From the NCBI RefSeq assembly GCF_025526975.1, contig NW_026515669.1, forward strand, positions 1,364,001 to 1,428,000: a stretch of 64,000 nucleotides of DNA. Reading direction: 5' to 3'. Shown here piece after piece: positions 39,128 through 51,228 of the stretch; position 1 is the stretch's first letter; each line of letters starts with the position of its first letter. Both the position numbers and the translations under genes were made by a program. Below the pieces are notes generated by a model that was not told the DNA's origin, ran no database searches, and worked only from the letters and a program-made list of their open reading frames with translations. This DNA is from Fimicolochytrium jonesii (lineage: Eukaryota).

Positions 39128-40115
39128 TTACGCCAGCTGAGAGAGCCCCAAAACGAAGGCGCCCACCGCAGCAACTACGCCGCTGAACGAGAGCTTTTCA
39201 GAGGAGGAGACGACACCGGTGTTCGATTCGCTAGATGTCGCCGTCGCAGTTGGGTAGGAAGAGTCGACCGTGGCGGACGGGGCCTCAATGACAACGGAAG
39301 CGTGGTCAGAGTTCTTCTTGTGGCATTTGCGGCGGGGGGTGGAAGGCTCAATGGTACCAGTTGGGAATGAGGTGTCGCTGGTGACGACGTCGATGTCCGA
39401 GGTTGGGACGGGAGCAGCAGTGGACGCGGCACCACCTTCAACAGTGGTGGGAGCGCTTCCGGAACCTCCAGACGCCGAGTTGAGGGTGACGACGTCCAGA
39501 ATCTGCCACGGGTTGCCGGGGCCTCCAGAGGCAACGACGGCGTGAAGGGTGAGGGGTCCCTGGTCCGCAGCCGGCGCAGTCCAGGTGAAATCAACTTTCG
39601 TGCCCTTCGGCGTGGGGTTGGCGTGGGTGATGGTACTCTCCGGAGCGTCGTTGACGATCTTGGCACCAGTGCAGATATCGGCATTTTGCACACGGAAGTT
39701 TTCGGGAACCTTGAAGGCACCAACGTGCTTGCTGACTTCTCCCGCGCTCACATACATGAGAACTCCGACAACATTTTTATCACCTTGGATTGTAAACGTG
39801 AGCGGGGCTCCTGGGGTCTGGATGAGCGAGGCAAACAAGAAATGAGTATCGCTGTGCTTATAGAAGATGATAGCGCATCACAACTTGCTTGTGCCCTCCA
39901 GGACAACTGAAGAGCACCACGTCGCACAATCGCACGCAAACACTTACGTAGGTAGAAGCCGAGGTGGTGATTGTGTAGCCGGCAGCGGAAGGATCAGAGT
40001 GCGCTGCAGAGATGGCCGCCTGGTTGATGGCGCACTTCGGGGCACCGGTGGGAAGAGCTTGCGCAACACCCGCCAGAAGGACGGACAAGGACAAGAAAGA
40101 GGATAAGGAAGGCAT
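39128..40115 (-). CDS. Secreted/GPI-anchored Reeler-domain protein (1 intron)
   Basis: Signal peptide, LPTGAPKC, ITHANPTPK..VDFTWTAP Reeler motifs, Ser/Thr-rich stalk, hydrophobic C-terminal GPI-like signal. Confidence 0.82.
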
Positions 40116-41102
40116 GGTGAATCAACGAAATGCGCTTGAGTCTTTGAGAAAAAGGCGAAGCAGCTGTGGCAAGGAGGGTGAATTCGATTTTGGAACAGCT
40201 GGAATGAAATGGAGAGGGCTGGAAACGGAAACGGAAACGCAGGGCGGCGGGCTTCTTTTGTAAAGCGACGTCTCTCCGACTCTCTCGGCAGGCCAGCCCT
40301 GAGCTTCACGCAGAAGGTGCCCGCATAGTGCGCATATCCTGTTTCCGCCGTTTAGACCGTATCCGTTTTGAGTCAGATCCAGCACAGCAACGAGACAAAG
40401 ACGACGAGATTGGGGCCTTTTGGGATAAGTCGAGTGGCGCGTCGGGGCCCCCAAACAGGGGAACATGAAACTTCAAATTCACTGATGATTATACCGATGC
40501 GGTACGCGTTGACTGCGCATTTTTTGTTGAAGAACACTCGACGCGTTACACTCGGAGCAAAACACACTCCGACAAGCAAACCTGAAGGATGGGTGTTAGC
40601 CAAAGGTACATAAGCGTTTAGAGACCGCTACCGCGTTTCCGGAGCTGGGTTACTGACAGTTTGTTTCCCACCGTCGATTTATATACCGAAAGTTGCGCGT
40701 CTTCTGCCGATTTCCACGCCCGGTGCCAGCGTATATGAGCAAGAGTTCGTTATTGTTCGGCATCGTCTGGCATATCTCCTCCATCAACATCGTTCCTACG
40801 TCCAGCTCTGCGAGGAGAACGACGACCCCGTCATCCCACTCCTATTGTTGCTACGACTTCGGGCCTCCCCAACCGAACTCGCTTGATCGAAGAACTCGCT
40901 ACGTACTATATGGAAGATCCTGATGTAGAAGCTCTAGGTCAGGGGTCCGAATCCGCGATGAGCCACCGCCGGAGGACCGGCCAAAGATCGAGACCATGAT
41001 AATCATTTAGTGCCGGATAGGTTCACCCGAAGCAGATGTGCATGGGAGGTCCCTCAGTCCTTCTGACGGACGATACTTTGAAGGTTTTGCATCCGAAGTA
41101 CC

Positions 41103-41158
41103 TTTACGTTTGTGAACGGGCGAGCTCCTTTTTACGTTTGTGAACGGGCGAGCTCCTT
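41103..41158. repeat. Perfect tandem duplication, 2 x 28 bp
   Basis: tttacgtttgtgaacgggcgagctcctt at 41103-41130 and 41131-41158. Confidence 0.9.
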
Positions 41159-41588
41159 CTTACAGAAAGGATTCTCACGTTTTGCACCACTTTGCAAGGC
41201 ATACACTGTAGTGTTGAGACCACAGTGTCGAAGCTAAGTATGTACGCCCAAAGGATGTTCTCTCCGACACAAAGCGAACCCTCACAAGCGCATATGTTCA
41301 ACGGAAGCTCTGATGTTTCGCAAACGTATGCATTTCGCAGTGTTACAACAAAGTATGAATTTGTATCCAAAAAGCCGGGGTTAGACCAACGTTCTCTATA
41401 TAATAAGGGACACATTGTGAAAAGGAAACGAGGAAATCCAACGATCGACCAGATCGCAACGCAGTGCTCAAGATCCGACTAACTAAGTAAAGTCTCTGTA
41501 CCGATGGTATTACGCGGGGTAGATGTGAACGGAGGGGTCGCGATGTGATTGCTGATGTGATGGGTGTTGTGGATTACGGGCGAGCGCT

Positions 41589-42968
41589 TCATGGAAGAGC
41601 GGCTTCAAGACCACGACGGACGTCTTCGATCAAGTCCTCAGCATCTTCGATTCCGACGGACAACCGGATCAAAGTGTCCGTAACTCCAACCTCTTGCCGT
41701 GCCTCGGGCGTCAGAGAGGCGTGTGTCATAACGGCCGGCAGCTCGGCCAGCGACTCGACTCCACCAAGGGATTCCGCAAGCGCAAAGATGCGCAATGTGG
41801 AAAGGAACCGGTTGGATGCGGGGAGGCCACCGCTCTTCAGGCGGAAGCTGACCATTCCACCGAATCCACGTTGCTGCTTCTTTGCGAGGGCGTGTTGCCG
41901 GTGGCTTTCAAGTCCTGGGTAGATGACCTCCTCAACTTTGTCGGATGCTTCCAGGAACCGCGCGACGGCGATCGCATTTTCCTCATGACGTTTCATCCCT
42001 GTAGAAAGTTATGTGAATATGTGATTCCATAGCAGAAGGCGAGAATCGGGCGATGTACTTACGAAGATGCAGTGTCTTCAAACCACGGTTGGCCAAGAAG
42101 CAGTCGAAGGCGCTAGGCACACCGCCGATGGAGTTTTGCAGGAACTTCAGCTCTTCGTTGTACTCGTCGCTGTTGGTGATAGCAACACCCATCACAACGT
42201 CAGAGTGTCCGTTGATGTACTTTGTGACGGAATGGACAACGATGTCGGCGCCGAGTTCAAGGGGATTTTGGAAGTATGGGCTCATGAATGTGTTGTCAAC
42301 GACAAGGACGACGCCAGGTTGGGAGTGAGCGATTTCGGCGATAGCCTTGATATCGACCAATCGCAGTGTAGGGTTTGCTGGAACATCGTGATTACCGCGT
42401 TAGTGACAAATCCCAAATTGGTTCCAAGCCCTAAATCACAATTAAGCTTACTCGGTGTCTCAATCCACACCATCTTAGTGTTTGGCTTCAATGCCTTCTT
42501 CAACACATTGGGGTCGAAAAGATCCAGGAACTCAACCTCCACACCGTTGCGCTTGGCAACCTTTGTGAAGTAACGGAAGGTTCCACCGTACGTGTCGTTG
42601 ACCGAAATAACGTGGCCACCTTGGCCCACCATGTTCAAAACGGTGGCCGTGGTGACGGAGCCCGAGGAAAACGCCAAAGCATATTTGCCCTTCTCCAGAG
42701 CGGCAACAGCCGTCTCGAAAGCCTGGCGAGTGGGGTTGCCGGACCGAGAGTAGTCGAAACCCCTATGCACGCCGGCAGCACTTTGCGCGAACGTGGTCGA
42801 CAAGCTAATGGGTGGAATAACGGCACCGGTGATAGGGTCTGTAGCGGAAGCGGAAGATCAGCTGAAGCCCACCGGTAAGAACACCCTTCCGTTTCTAGAG
42901 ACGCGACACATACCTGGCTCCTGGCCAGCGTGCACGGCAAGGGTGGCGAATTGTCCCGTCTTGGTCAT
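41589..42968 (-). CDS. CYS3: Cystathionine gamma-lyase (PLP-dependent trans-sulfuration enzyme), 4 exons
   Basis: [34 protein letters not shown]-lysine motif [32 protein letters not shown]. Confidence 0.95.
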
Positions 42969-43910
42969 GGTGGAGGTAGGTGGTTGGCACGAAGTAGAAT
43001 TAAGTTTCTTTTGGGGATGCTGGAAGTGTGAGCTCGCCCAGGGCGGACTGTCGACTCCCTTGATATTTATATATGTCTATCCTCTTGCTCTATTGAGGCT
43101 GCCAGCGTCTCGGTGACCCCCCCAACGCAGTATTTTTAGCAAGGTGTTGGCAGTGGTGTTTTTTTTTTGGAGTCCGCCTGTGTGCTCAGCAGATGCACAA
43201 GGACGCGATTTCAAACCACACCTGAGACTGCTATGACTGCGCGCTCGCCCATCAGTCCCAGGTTGCGCAACCGTAATTGCGTCTTGCACAACCCTCCTGA
43301 TTGGCCGTGACCGGCAACAACAACTTCTAAAGACATCCAAAACTTCCAAGGCGCAAAACCCCCGACTCCGCTGTGAATCCGCCGATAAATCCAGATCCAA
43401 ATGGACCCGTTCAAGAGCAACGGGACCCCGGGCACACTGGCAGATCATAAAACCTTGCAGATCCGCTGAGTAACGTGGATTCAACGTGGGCCGTAAGTTG
43501 GTGACAAACGTCGTTGAGGCTCGATTGGAACGTGTGCTGAAGTCGAGGCGAAAGCTGTTCCGTTCTCGCGTCTCTGACCGCGGGGTCATGAGACAAAGTA
43601 TGGTTGGGTGAAAGGACGGCAAGCGCAAGACGTGGAGGACGGTCCGGTGACTAAAGGAGACGGGCGTTCAGAAGAAAAGTGCATTAGTAATGAATGCGTT
43701 GTCGATGTCGGGTTTGTGGTCGGACGCCGCTTCAGAAGGACAAGGGGTCGGCAGAAGTTAGTAAACAGGCTAGGGGACTGTGTTCCCCAAACGAAACCTT
43801 TTACAGACTCACACAGGAACGGTGCGAACGAGCGCACCGCACTTAACAACACCGAAGATCACTTCGAGACTCACCCGTTTATGTTCAGCATGCAAACTCG
43901 TACCAGAGGA

Positions 43911-43969
43911 CATACCGGCAACGGTCAGAGGTTAAGGCGGACAAAGGGCATACCGGCAACGGTCAGAGG
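43911..43969. repeat. 21-bp direct repeat, two copies
   Basis: cataccggcaacggtcagagg at 43911-43931 and 43949-43969. Confidence 0.85.
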
Positions 43970-45260
43970 CCGAGGGGGAAGAGCGGCGGAAGGATAGATG
44001 CCGAGGAGGGCACATGGCATAGAGACTAAAACCGCCATCGCCCCTCGAAGTTGAGGCCCAATCGAAGCAAGAAGTTCGAGGAGGACGAATGCGTACATTC
44101 TGAAGTAACGACCGAATCGGAGGATTAAACCGGTGCTCGGATGTCGCTCGCGCGTTTGCGACCGCGGTAATTTGGTCGAGCAAGTTATGACTGCAATTGA
44201 TTCTGGCGGCTTTTTCTAAAGCTGCACGAGTTTGAGGGCGATTGCGGCCCTTGCGTCACACTTTCGGAGCACCGGATGGGAAACTTCTTCATTTCTGTGG
44301 ACAGCAGACGCGGGACGCGGATGAACGGCGCTCCGGTGGACTCAACAGTGAGCAAAGCAATAAACCTGGATCTACTATCACGAGAGAGTGCACGATTGTT
44401 CACAATGAGAAGTTCTTGAGAGGGATGCTTGACACCAGCGCCTGGGCGGTCGCACTTTGTTGACGGAGTGAGATAAGGGAAGACATATAGGCTGGAGCTC
44501 AGAGATCAGTAAGGTCGCGGGAAGGCTTCGCCGACGACTGGGATGGACTTGAACTCATTCAAGCTAGAGGGCCCATATAGGCGAATGATCGACCCCCTGG
44601 ACATGAAGAGGGCTCTCTTTGAAAGGGAAAGGAAGGACACCCACAGGCCCGCTCAGCAGCGGTGTACGCCACGGCGATAAGCGGACTCGGACGTGTTTGC
44701 GAGATTCTGGAGATGGCGACTCTGGTTCATCTGCGGCATTCGACCGGTTCATTGAAGAGACGAAGCTCCAAATCGAGGTGACTTTGACTGCTGGGCACTG
44801 TGTGGTCGTGATCAACCGAGCGTAAGCTGAAAAGTGTTCATCTTATTCCGTGCTGTTCCGGCGTTGAACAGCACTTCGGAGATGCGGCGTTGCTGAACAT
44901 ACATCCCGTAAATGTGACAACTGAGACTCGACCTCGCCAAGTTGTTGGAGGGCTGAAGGTAGCACTACATGTGCACATCAGGTTAGAATTTTTCGTAACT
45001 TTGATCATTCGGCGTTTCAACGTCAAATTTGGGTCTCCTTCAACTTCGGTTCATATGGTGGAGCGGTCATGTTTTTCTGTGCGGTCTGTGCGGACAGAAA
45101 GCCATGAAGGCGGAAACACCATACAGTTCGGTCCAGTGGTGAAGATTCCAAAAGAATGCTATTTCATGTATTTACAAAAGTGCAATTCCAGTCCTGCAAT
45201 TTGCTATAGGCGAAGAGAGTCCCTACCGGTAGATGCTAGATGCTACTTCTAATCCCGTCT

Positions 45261-46085
45261 CTACCAAGCGATTTCTTGGCCATCGAACCCCCAGAACGTG
45301 CCAGTGTTTTCCGGTGTTGCCTTGTCGATGAGGGCTACTAGGCCTTTAACACTATCGGGCACCTTGACGGGCGCCTCTTTGAGGCCTGCCGCTGCCGCTC
45401 CAGTGTTGCCCATATCGGTGGCGACCCAACCTAAAATTGCGGAATGTACAGTAAGTTCGTGGCTTGGGAAACTGTGATAGTTCTCGCAGACCTTCCTACC
45501 TGGGTGAAGGGGTTGGATGCTGAAGTTATCCTTCTTGTTCTCGTACGCAAGCTTCCGGGTCAGGCTGTTGACCGCCGACTTTGAGGTATTGTATGCGATG
45601 GTAGGGAACTCGGCGGCCTGAGGGATCTCCGTGATGGATCCCAACAGACTGCTGATTACGAAGAATTTGCGAGTTTGCTTCGCCTTCAGAAGAGACGAGA
45701 ACGCCTGCCATCCACGCAACGGGCCGAGAGTGTTTACCTCGAGCGTCTCACGGAACGCCTCGATGGAAACATTTGATCCGTAGCCATCCTTGGGTGAAGA
45801 GATGCCAGCGTTGATGACAACAACGTCCAAGCCGTTCACGACCTTCTTGATCTCCTCCGCAACTTTCTTGTGGTCTTCGTCAGATGTAGCTTCGAGCTTG
45901 AGGATGTGGACGTTGGTGTGCTGCTTTACGTAGGCTTGCAATTCCTCAGACTTTGCGGGGTTGCGGGCGGTGGCGAAGACGATAGTATTTGGCCTCTCGG
46001 CAAAGGCTTTGACGAGGCCCAGGCCTATACCTCGGTTGGCTCCAGTAACGAGAATCGCGGCGATTGAATCGCTGTTGACAGTCAT
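45261..46085 (-). CDS. Short-chain dehydrogenase/reductase (C-factor/Sniffer-like), one intron near 45431-45498
   Basis: TGANRGIG, NAGI, catalytic S...YNTSK, spliced HPGWVATDMG. Confidence 0.93.
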   Translation of the reverse strand: MTVNSDSIAAILVTGANRGIGLGLVKAFAERPNTIVFATARNPAKSEELQAYVKQHTNVHILKLEATSDEDHKKVAEEIKKVVNGLDVVVINAGISSPKDGYGSNVSIEAFRETLEVNTLGPLRGWQAFSSLLKAKQTRKFFVISSLLGSITEIPQAAEFPTIAYNTSKSAVNSLTRKLAYENKKDNFSIQPLHPGRKVCENYHSFPSHELTVHSAILGWVATDMGNTGAAAAGLKEAPVKVPDSVKGLVALIDKATPENTGTFWGFDGQEIAW

Positions 46086-46806
46086 GTTGAGTGGTTGAGA
46101 TATCAGAAGGGCGGCTTGTTTAGAAAGGTGTAAGATGAAGCAAGTTGCTCGACGGATTGATGTTCGATTGATAATAGGGAGTCGGATGAAGCGTTGCTTT
46201 TATAGACGGCTGGAAAGTGCTGGGGAGCGTGAAAAGCCAACGTGCACGCCTCGGCCATATTTGTCAGCCCATCCCCCTTCTTGCATTCCCGTTCGTACGC
46301 ATATACCTTACTCTCTCCACATACGTGATATTGCGCCTTCCCGACAAGTTTCGCCGCCGCCCGCCCTTGTGGCGGAACCCCATTGCTCGACGCGTTCCGC
46401 CTTTCCGAGTCCGACATATTTCGGTGATTTGTCATTACACCGCTTGATGAAGGGTTGAAGCGTGGGAAATGCTGGCCGTAATTTCAAGAAAAGGGATATG
46501 GAGGCGGACCTTTGGCTAACCTGACTTGCCTTCATTCGTGGCTTTCCAAATTCCACTGGAAGTGCAGCCTACCATTGCACAACTTCGTCCGTGCTGGTTG
46601 ACATTCAAGGATGATTTGAAAGCCCTCCCATTTTATGGCTGGGTTTAGATGGTTCTGCACTTATGGTACAGCTTCCTCGAGGGCTGGGGGCGGGGGTATC
46701 GTCTGAACCGATTGCTGACCGGAATGCAACACTCAGACGCGTGCGATAGGAACGCATATGTGCAATGTCCAGCCATGTCCAGGCTGAACATCACGCGAAG
46801 GTTACA

Positions 46807-47504
46807 ATGGCAGATCAGCCTCATTCTGAAAACGAAGTCCTCTCGTTATGGGCAGTGCCTGCCAATCCTCAACACTTGGCGGATGTCATCGCTTCGCTTG
46901 CGGAAGAGCTTGGAACGTCTAAGGTTGGTAGGCGGTGTGGTGGGAATGTGCGCATCACCTGAGAGCTCATTTACTGCACGTAGTTCGATCCGCATATTAC
47001 AATTCTAGGAAGTATCCCAGTGCCGAAGGATGAAGTGCTTGAACTCACACTCAAAGTGGCGGCGGAGGCCCGGAGATTCAATGCAACCCTAGTACGTGTG
47101 GATGTACCGCCATACCTCGGGATGATGGGTTGCCGTGGGAGGATGTCACTAATAGAAGCCGACTCCCAACCCAGACCGAAGTCACCGGCCACGCCAGATT
47201 TTTCGAATGCATCACCGCAACACCTTCTCCCACGACCGAGCTGCGAACCTTACGCGCTGCAGCGGAGAAGATTTTCGAAGGACATTGTCAGTCCGTTCTA
47301 CCATATCGCCCGCATCTAAGCCTGCTATATGGCGAGCTTGATGAGCCTGCTAAGGAGGCCGTCATTAAGCGGCTAAAGGAACAGACGGGCGTAGGGATTG
47401 GCGTTCTTGGTGAAGTGATCCCTATCGAACGTCTACAGATTTGGACGACGGGACGATCCGTGGAGGAGTGGGAGATGATTGGGGAGGCTTTACTAGATAT
47501 GTAG
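46807..47504 (+). CDS. 2H phosphoesterase, Cpd1-like 2',3'-cyclic nucleotide phosphodiesterase (3 exons; alternative ATG 46765)
   Basis: SLWAVP, FDPHITIL and YRPHLSLLYG give the two HxT/S motifs of the 2H fold. Confidence 0.88.
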
Positions 47505-47775
47505 TAGTAGTACCAAGAACAACGACTCTTTGTAACGCTCCGTAGGAGAATACACGGTACAGTGATTGAAGCGACAGGAGCCTGGACGAGGAAGTCTTCA
47601 TCATAAGTTTTCAAGGAACTTCGAAGCCATGGATGAACAAATGGTATCAGGGACAGATCCGACAAGATGAATGTGTTCAAAAAATGATCTGATATTTGCA
47701 CACAAAACAGCCAGGTGGTATATTACAAAAAATGTAAGGCCTCAGCCTAATAATGATGACATCAGGAAGACTAAT

Positions 47776-49422
47776 CTACGCACGAGCCTTACGGTCGGCC
47801 TTGTAAGTGTAGAAGCGGTTGAAGAATGCTTGCACGAACATGGCAGCGAAGATGATACCAGCGACGGCATAGAAGAACTTGGGTCGGTCACCCTTGCCGG
47901 TGCTGGAACCGAGAGGAGTCTCGAAGAGAGCAGCGGCGACCAGGTTTCCGATACCAGTGCCCAACAACCACAAGGCAGCGCAAGAGGACTTGGAACGCTT
48001 GCCTACTTCAGTGTAGGTGAAGTTGAGACCGGAGATGGACACGAGCACTTCGCCGACCGTGATGAAGAAGTACGGAACGATGAACATAGCGGTGTGGGAG
48101 CCACGGTCCATGCACATGGTGACGTCCTTGCCGGCTTCCTTCCATGTCTCGTCGACACAGTTGTCATCGATCTTCTGCTGAATGACAGCCATGATGATGA
48201 ACGAGATCCCAGCGAAGAACTGACCGACGACCATACGACGGAGGAGACCGAACTTGACACGCTTCTCGATGGCGGGGTAGAGGAAGTTGGCGAAGATCGG
48301 AGCAAGGATGATAATCCAGATAGGGTTGATCACCGCGTTGGTGGTCTCAGAGTTCAACCAGTTGGAGTGGTCCATCTGGTCGGAGGTGTCCTGCCATGAA
48401 GTTCCGTTCTGGTCGAAACCGAGCCAGAAGATGATGGAGGGAGAGATGACGAAGAGAACCTTCAACAAGTCGAAGAGCTCAATGATAACAGCGTCAGATT
48501 CGGTCTCGGAAGTGGCGATGCGAGCGCGTTCGTGGCTGAAGCCGTTGCGGAAGAGGTTAAGGGTGTACTTGAATGCAACACGGGCGAGGATGGCGGGGAA
48601 GAAGACACCGGCCGGTGGCACGACACGGTAGCAGAACTTTCCGAAAGCGAAGACACCTAACGCGATGGCGAAGGCAATAGCGCAGACGGCGAAAGCCCAA
48701 GAGTAGCAGTCTTTACCACCCTCGAGGCCGAAGCAGCTTTTCTCGGCGATCTTGGGCTGGATGAAACCGGAGACGATGGAACCGACGTTGATGGCCATGT
48801 AGAAGTAGTTGTAGAACTTGTTCAGGTTCTGCTTCTGAAAGCTCAGGAACTGATCACCACCGTGGGAGGAGACACAGGGCTTGATACCACCGGTACCGAC
48901 GGAAATGAGGAACAATGCAGCGAGGGGAGCACCGGAGGGAATGAAGCCTCCCTCGGTGGCGGGGACGAGGCCGGGCCTCGAGGTAATGGTAAGCATGAGA
49001 AGACCGGCGAGGTAAACCACGGAGAGGATGACGATGGTCTTGTACTTGTCGAGGTAGGAGTCAGAAATGGCGGCGCCTCCGAGGGGGGTGAAATAGGTGA
49101 AGGCTTTCCAGATGTGCTGGATACTGTCGGTCTTAGCCTTGTCGAAACCGATCATTTTCTTGAGGAAAGGCTTGAGAATCGGGCTGATACCGTAGTAACA
49201 GAAACGCTCTCCCAATTCGTTGGGGATGATAAAGAAGAGAGCCCTGGGCATACGCTCGGGGGTCTCACGAAGCTTGGCGTCAATGGCGGCATTGATCTTG
49301 GCCTCACGCTCTTGGTGCTCGCGGTCAACGATGTCCTCTTCGAGGACCTCGCCCTGCTCGACGAAGGTGGAGATGTCCTTCTTCTCATCGTGAGGGACAC
49401 TGGCTACTGCGACGTCAGCCAT
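47776..49422 (-). CDS. PTR2: POT/PTR-family proton-dependent oligopeptide transporter (intronless, 548 aa)
   Basis: ELGERFCYYG (ExxERFxYY), GTGGIKPCVSSHGGDQF, FYNYFYMAINVGS motifs; about 12 hydrophobic segments. Confidence 0.95.
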   Translation of the reverse strand: MADVAVASVPHDEKKDISTFVEQGEVLEEDIVDREHQEREAKINAAIDAKLRETPERMPRALFFIIPNELGERFCYYGISPILKPFLKKMIGFDKAKTDSIQHIWKAFTYFTPLGGAAISDSYLDKYKTIVILSVVYLAGLLMLTITSRPGLVPATEGGFIPSGAPLAALFLISVGTGGIKPCVSSHGGDQFLSFQKQNLNKFYNYFYMAINVGSIVSGFIQPKIAEKSCFGLEGGKDCYSWAFAVCAIAFAIALGVFAFGKFCYRVVPPAGVFFPAILARVAFKYTLNLFRNGFSHERARIATSETESDAVIIELFDLLKVLFVISPSIIFWLGFDQNGTSWQDTSDQMDHSNWLNSETTNAVINPIWIIILAPIFANFLYPAIEKRVKFGLLRRMVVGQFFAGISFIIMAVIQQKIDDNCVDETWKEAGKDVTMCMDRGSHTAMFIVPYFFITVGEVLVSISGLNFTYTEVGKRSKSSCAALWLLGTGIGNLVAAALFETPLGSSTGKGDRPKFFYAVAGIIFAAMFVQAFFNRFYTYKADRKARA

Positions 49423-50598
49423 GATGAATGGGGTTACTGAGCGGTTGTTGACGAAGCGGGAGAAAGAGGTGAATCGACCAGCGATGAACTATTTGACACC
49501 TCAACGTGACCGACCAGCGGGACTGAGATGCTATTACAAGGGACTGCAGGGCAAAGGCGAGGGCGACAGCGAGCTCGTCCGCTTTATATGCTGGGGGTTT
49601 TGGGGTCGTGGATGGGTACGGTCACAGCCGGGGTACCATAGATCTTGCGCTTGTCCATTGGACTGTGGGATTGCGTGTTTGCCTGCTTATCTTTGCGGGC
49701 CTGCGCCTCCCGTGTGTGGCACTGTGAGCCAGCTGGTTGTACAACTTGAGCTCGTTATCATGGGATCTCCACAGTTTGAGTTTTGCGGTCGGAGGCTGCA
49801 CCAGGTTGGGCACCAACCCCCATGGCCCCATGGGCTGTGGGATGGGGATGTGACCGACCGCCCTGACTGCCGCTCAATCCATTGACCCATGAATTTAGCT
49901 CTCACACCTTTAACATAATAAGCCTGATCTCGGAAGTCTTCGGCCAGCGTGACAACGTCCGCGCAGAAAAAAAGCGCGTTCGTCAGTGAGCTGAACAGGC
50001 GTGGACATTGAAACGACTGGGGAAAGATCCGCGCGTCAACGGAACGGAACACAGGGCGTCTGACGGGCCCGATTGAATTTGGGTTGAAATGAACGCGGGA
50101 GTCGCACACACTCCCGCCAAACAAATCCATAGGAACGAGCAGTCGGTGTAATCAACGCTGGCCGAAGATCAAGAGCACAAACACGAAACGAAGAAAAAGT
50201 TGCAGGCGGTATCGAAATAGGGTTCATTAATAAGGGCGATAATATGGTAGCTTGATCAGGGCGATCAACTTAGCTCAATTTGCGATGGACATAGCAAAAT
50301 TCCGCCGGGCTGAATTTAAAGGTCAGGGGATGTGTAACCAAGGAGGCTGCTGCATGGTATGCAGTTAGTGGATCCGGTGGGAACTTGTGCGGAAAGGTGA
50401 AGGCACATCCTCGAAGGGATTTCAGGGGCAGCACGCACATAGACAGTACAGTACAGTACACCGTCTCTGGCCCTATCTGGACCATGGACCTGACCCTCAA
50501 AGGCATGTACTGTAGAACCAAAAATCGAAGCTAAATACAGGCTGAGAGAAGTCAATATTTGGTACTTCTTCCATTGCTATGACAGCCCGCATGCGTCG

Positions 50599-51091
50599 GG
50601 GCATGGATTCGATGAGGCGTTGAAAGGATGTTATCCCATTCTGCTTTGGCAATACGTTCAATTTCGGGAAGGCCTGATTTTCTATTTCTGTTTCAGCTAT
50701 ATATAAGTGTTCGGAATTTCGTACGCCTTATGAATTCTCCAGTTCGGGGCTAAGGAACAGAGGCACTGTTTTGGTGGGGCCGGGTGTCTTTCTAGGCCGG
50801 CTGGCTGTCTATCCACTGCTGCGGTGTGGTCCGGACAGAGCCCTTTCTTGGACTCTGGCTATGGTTCTACGGAACGGGTGGGAGTCAGTGGGTGTGGTGA
50901 TCGCCTATCTATATATATATGTAACAAACAACTGGAGCGGGCATGGATTCGATGAGGCGTTGAAAGGACTGCAATACGGTCAATTTCGGAAAGGCCTGAT
51001 TTTCTATTTCTGTTTCAACTACATATAAGGTTAGGCCTATCTATCATATCTATATATTTCATATATACTGTACATAGTCACAAACAACTGG
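50599..51091. repeat. Imperfect tandem duplication with internal deletion (50599-50935 versus 50939-51091)
   Basis: gggcatggattcgatgaggcgttgaaagga...ggcctgattttctatttctgtttca..atataag at 50599-50707 and 50939-51029; gcctatctat...caaacaactgg at 50903-50935 and 51035-51091. Confidence 0.85.
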
Positions 51092-51228
51092 CATTTGTAA
51101 CGCAAACACATCCGAGAACGGCGTATGTTGATAGTTCTTCCCTACGCAGGACTTCCCCGTCGCTGCTACTTAAGAAGGGTGAGGTTTTCGGTTTCCCCCG
51201 GGCTTCACCACCGCAGAGTAGCACCACA

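Noticed and set aside
41103..41158. Short direct repeats as a CRISPR-like array (also 43911-43969)
   Set aside because: Only two copies each, no series of spacers, eukaryotic context, no cas genes.
38087..49422. SnoaL-like, CYS3, SDR, 2H phosphoesterase and PTR2 as a biosynthetic gene cluster
   Set aside because: No backbone enzyme (PKS, NRPS or terpene synthase) is present, and each gene has a plausible housekeeping role.
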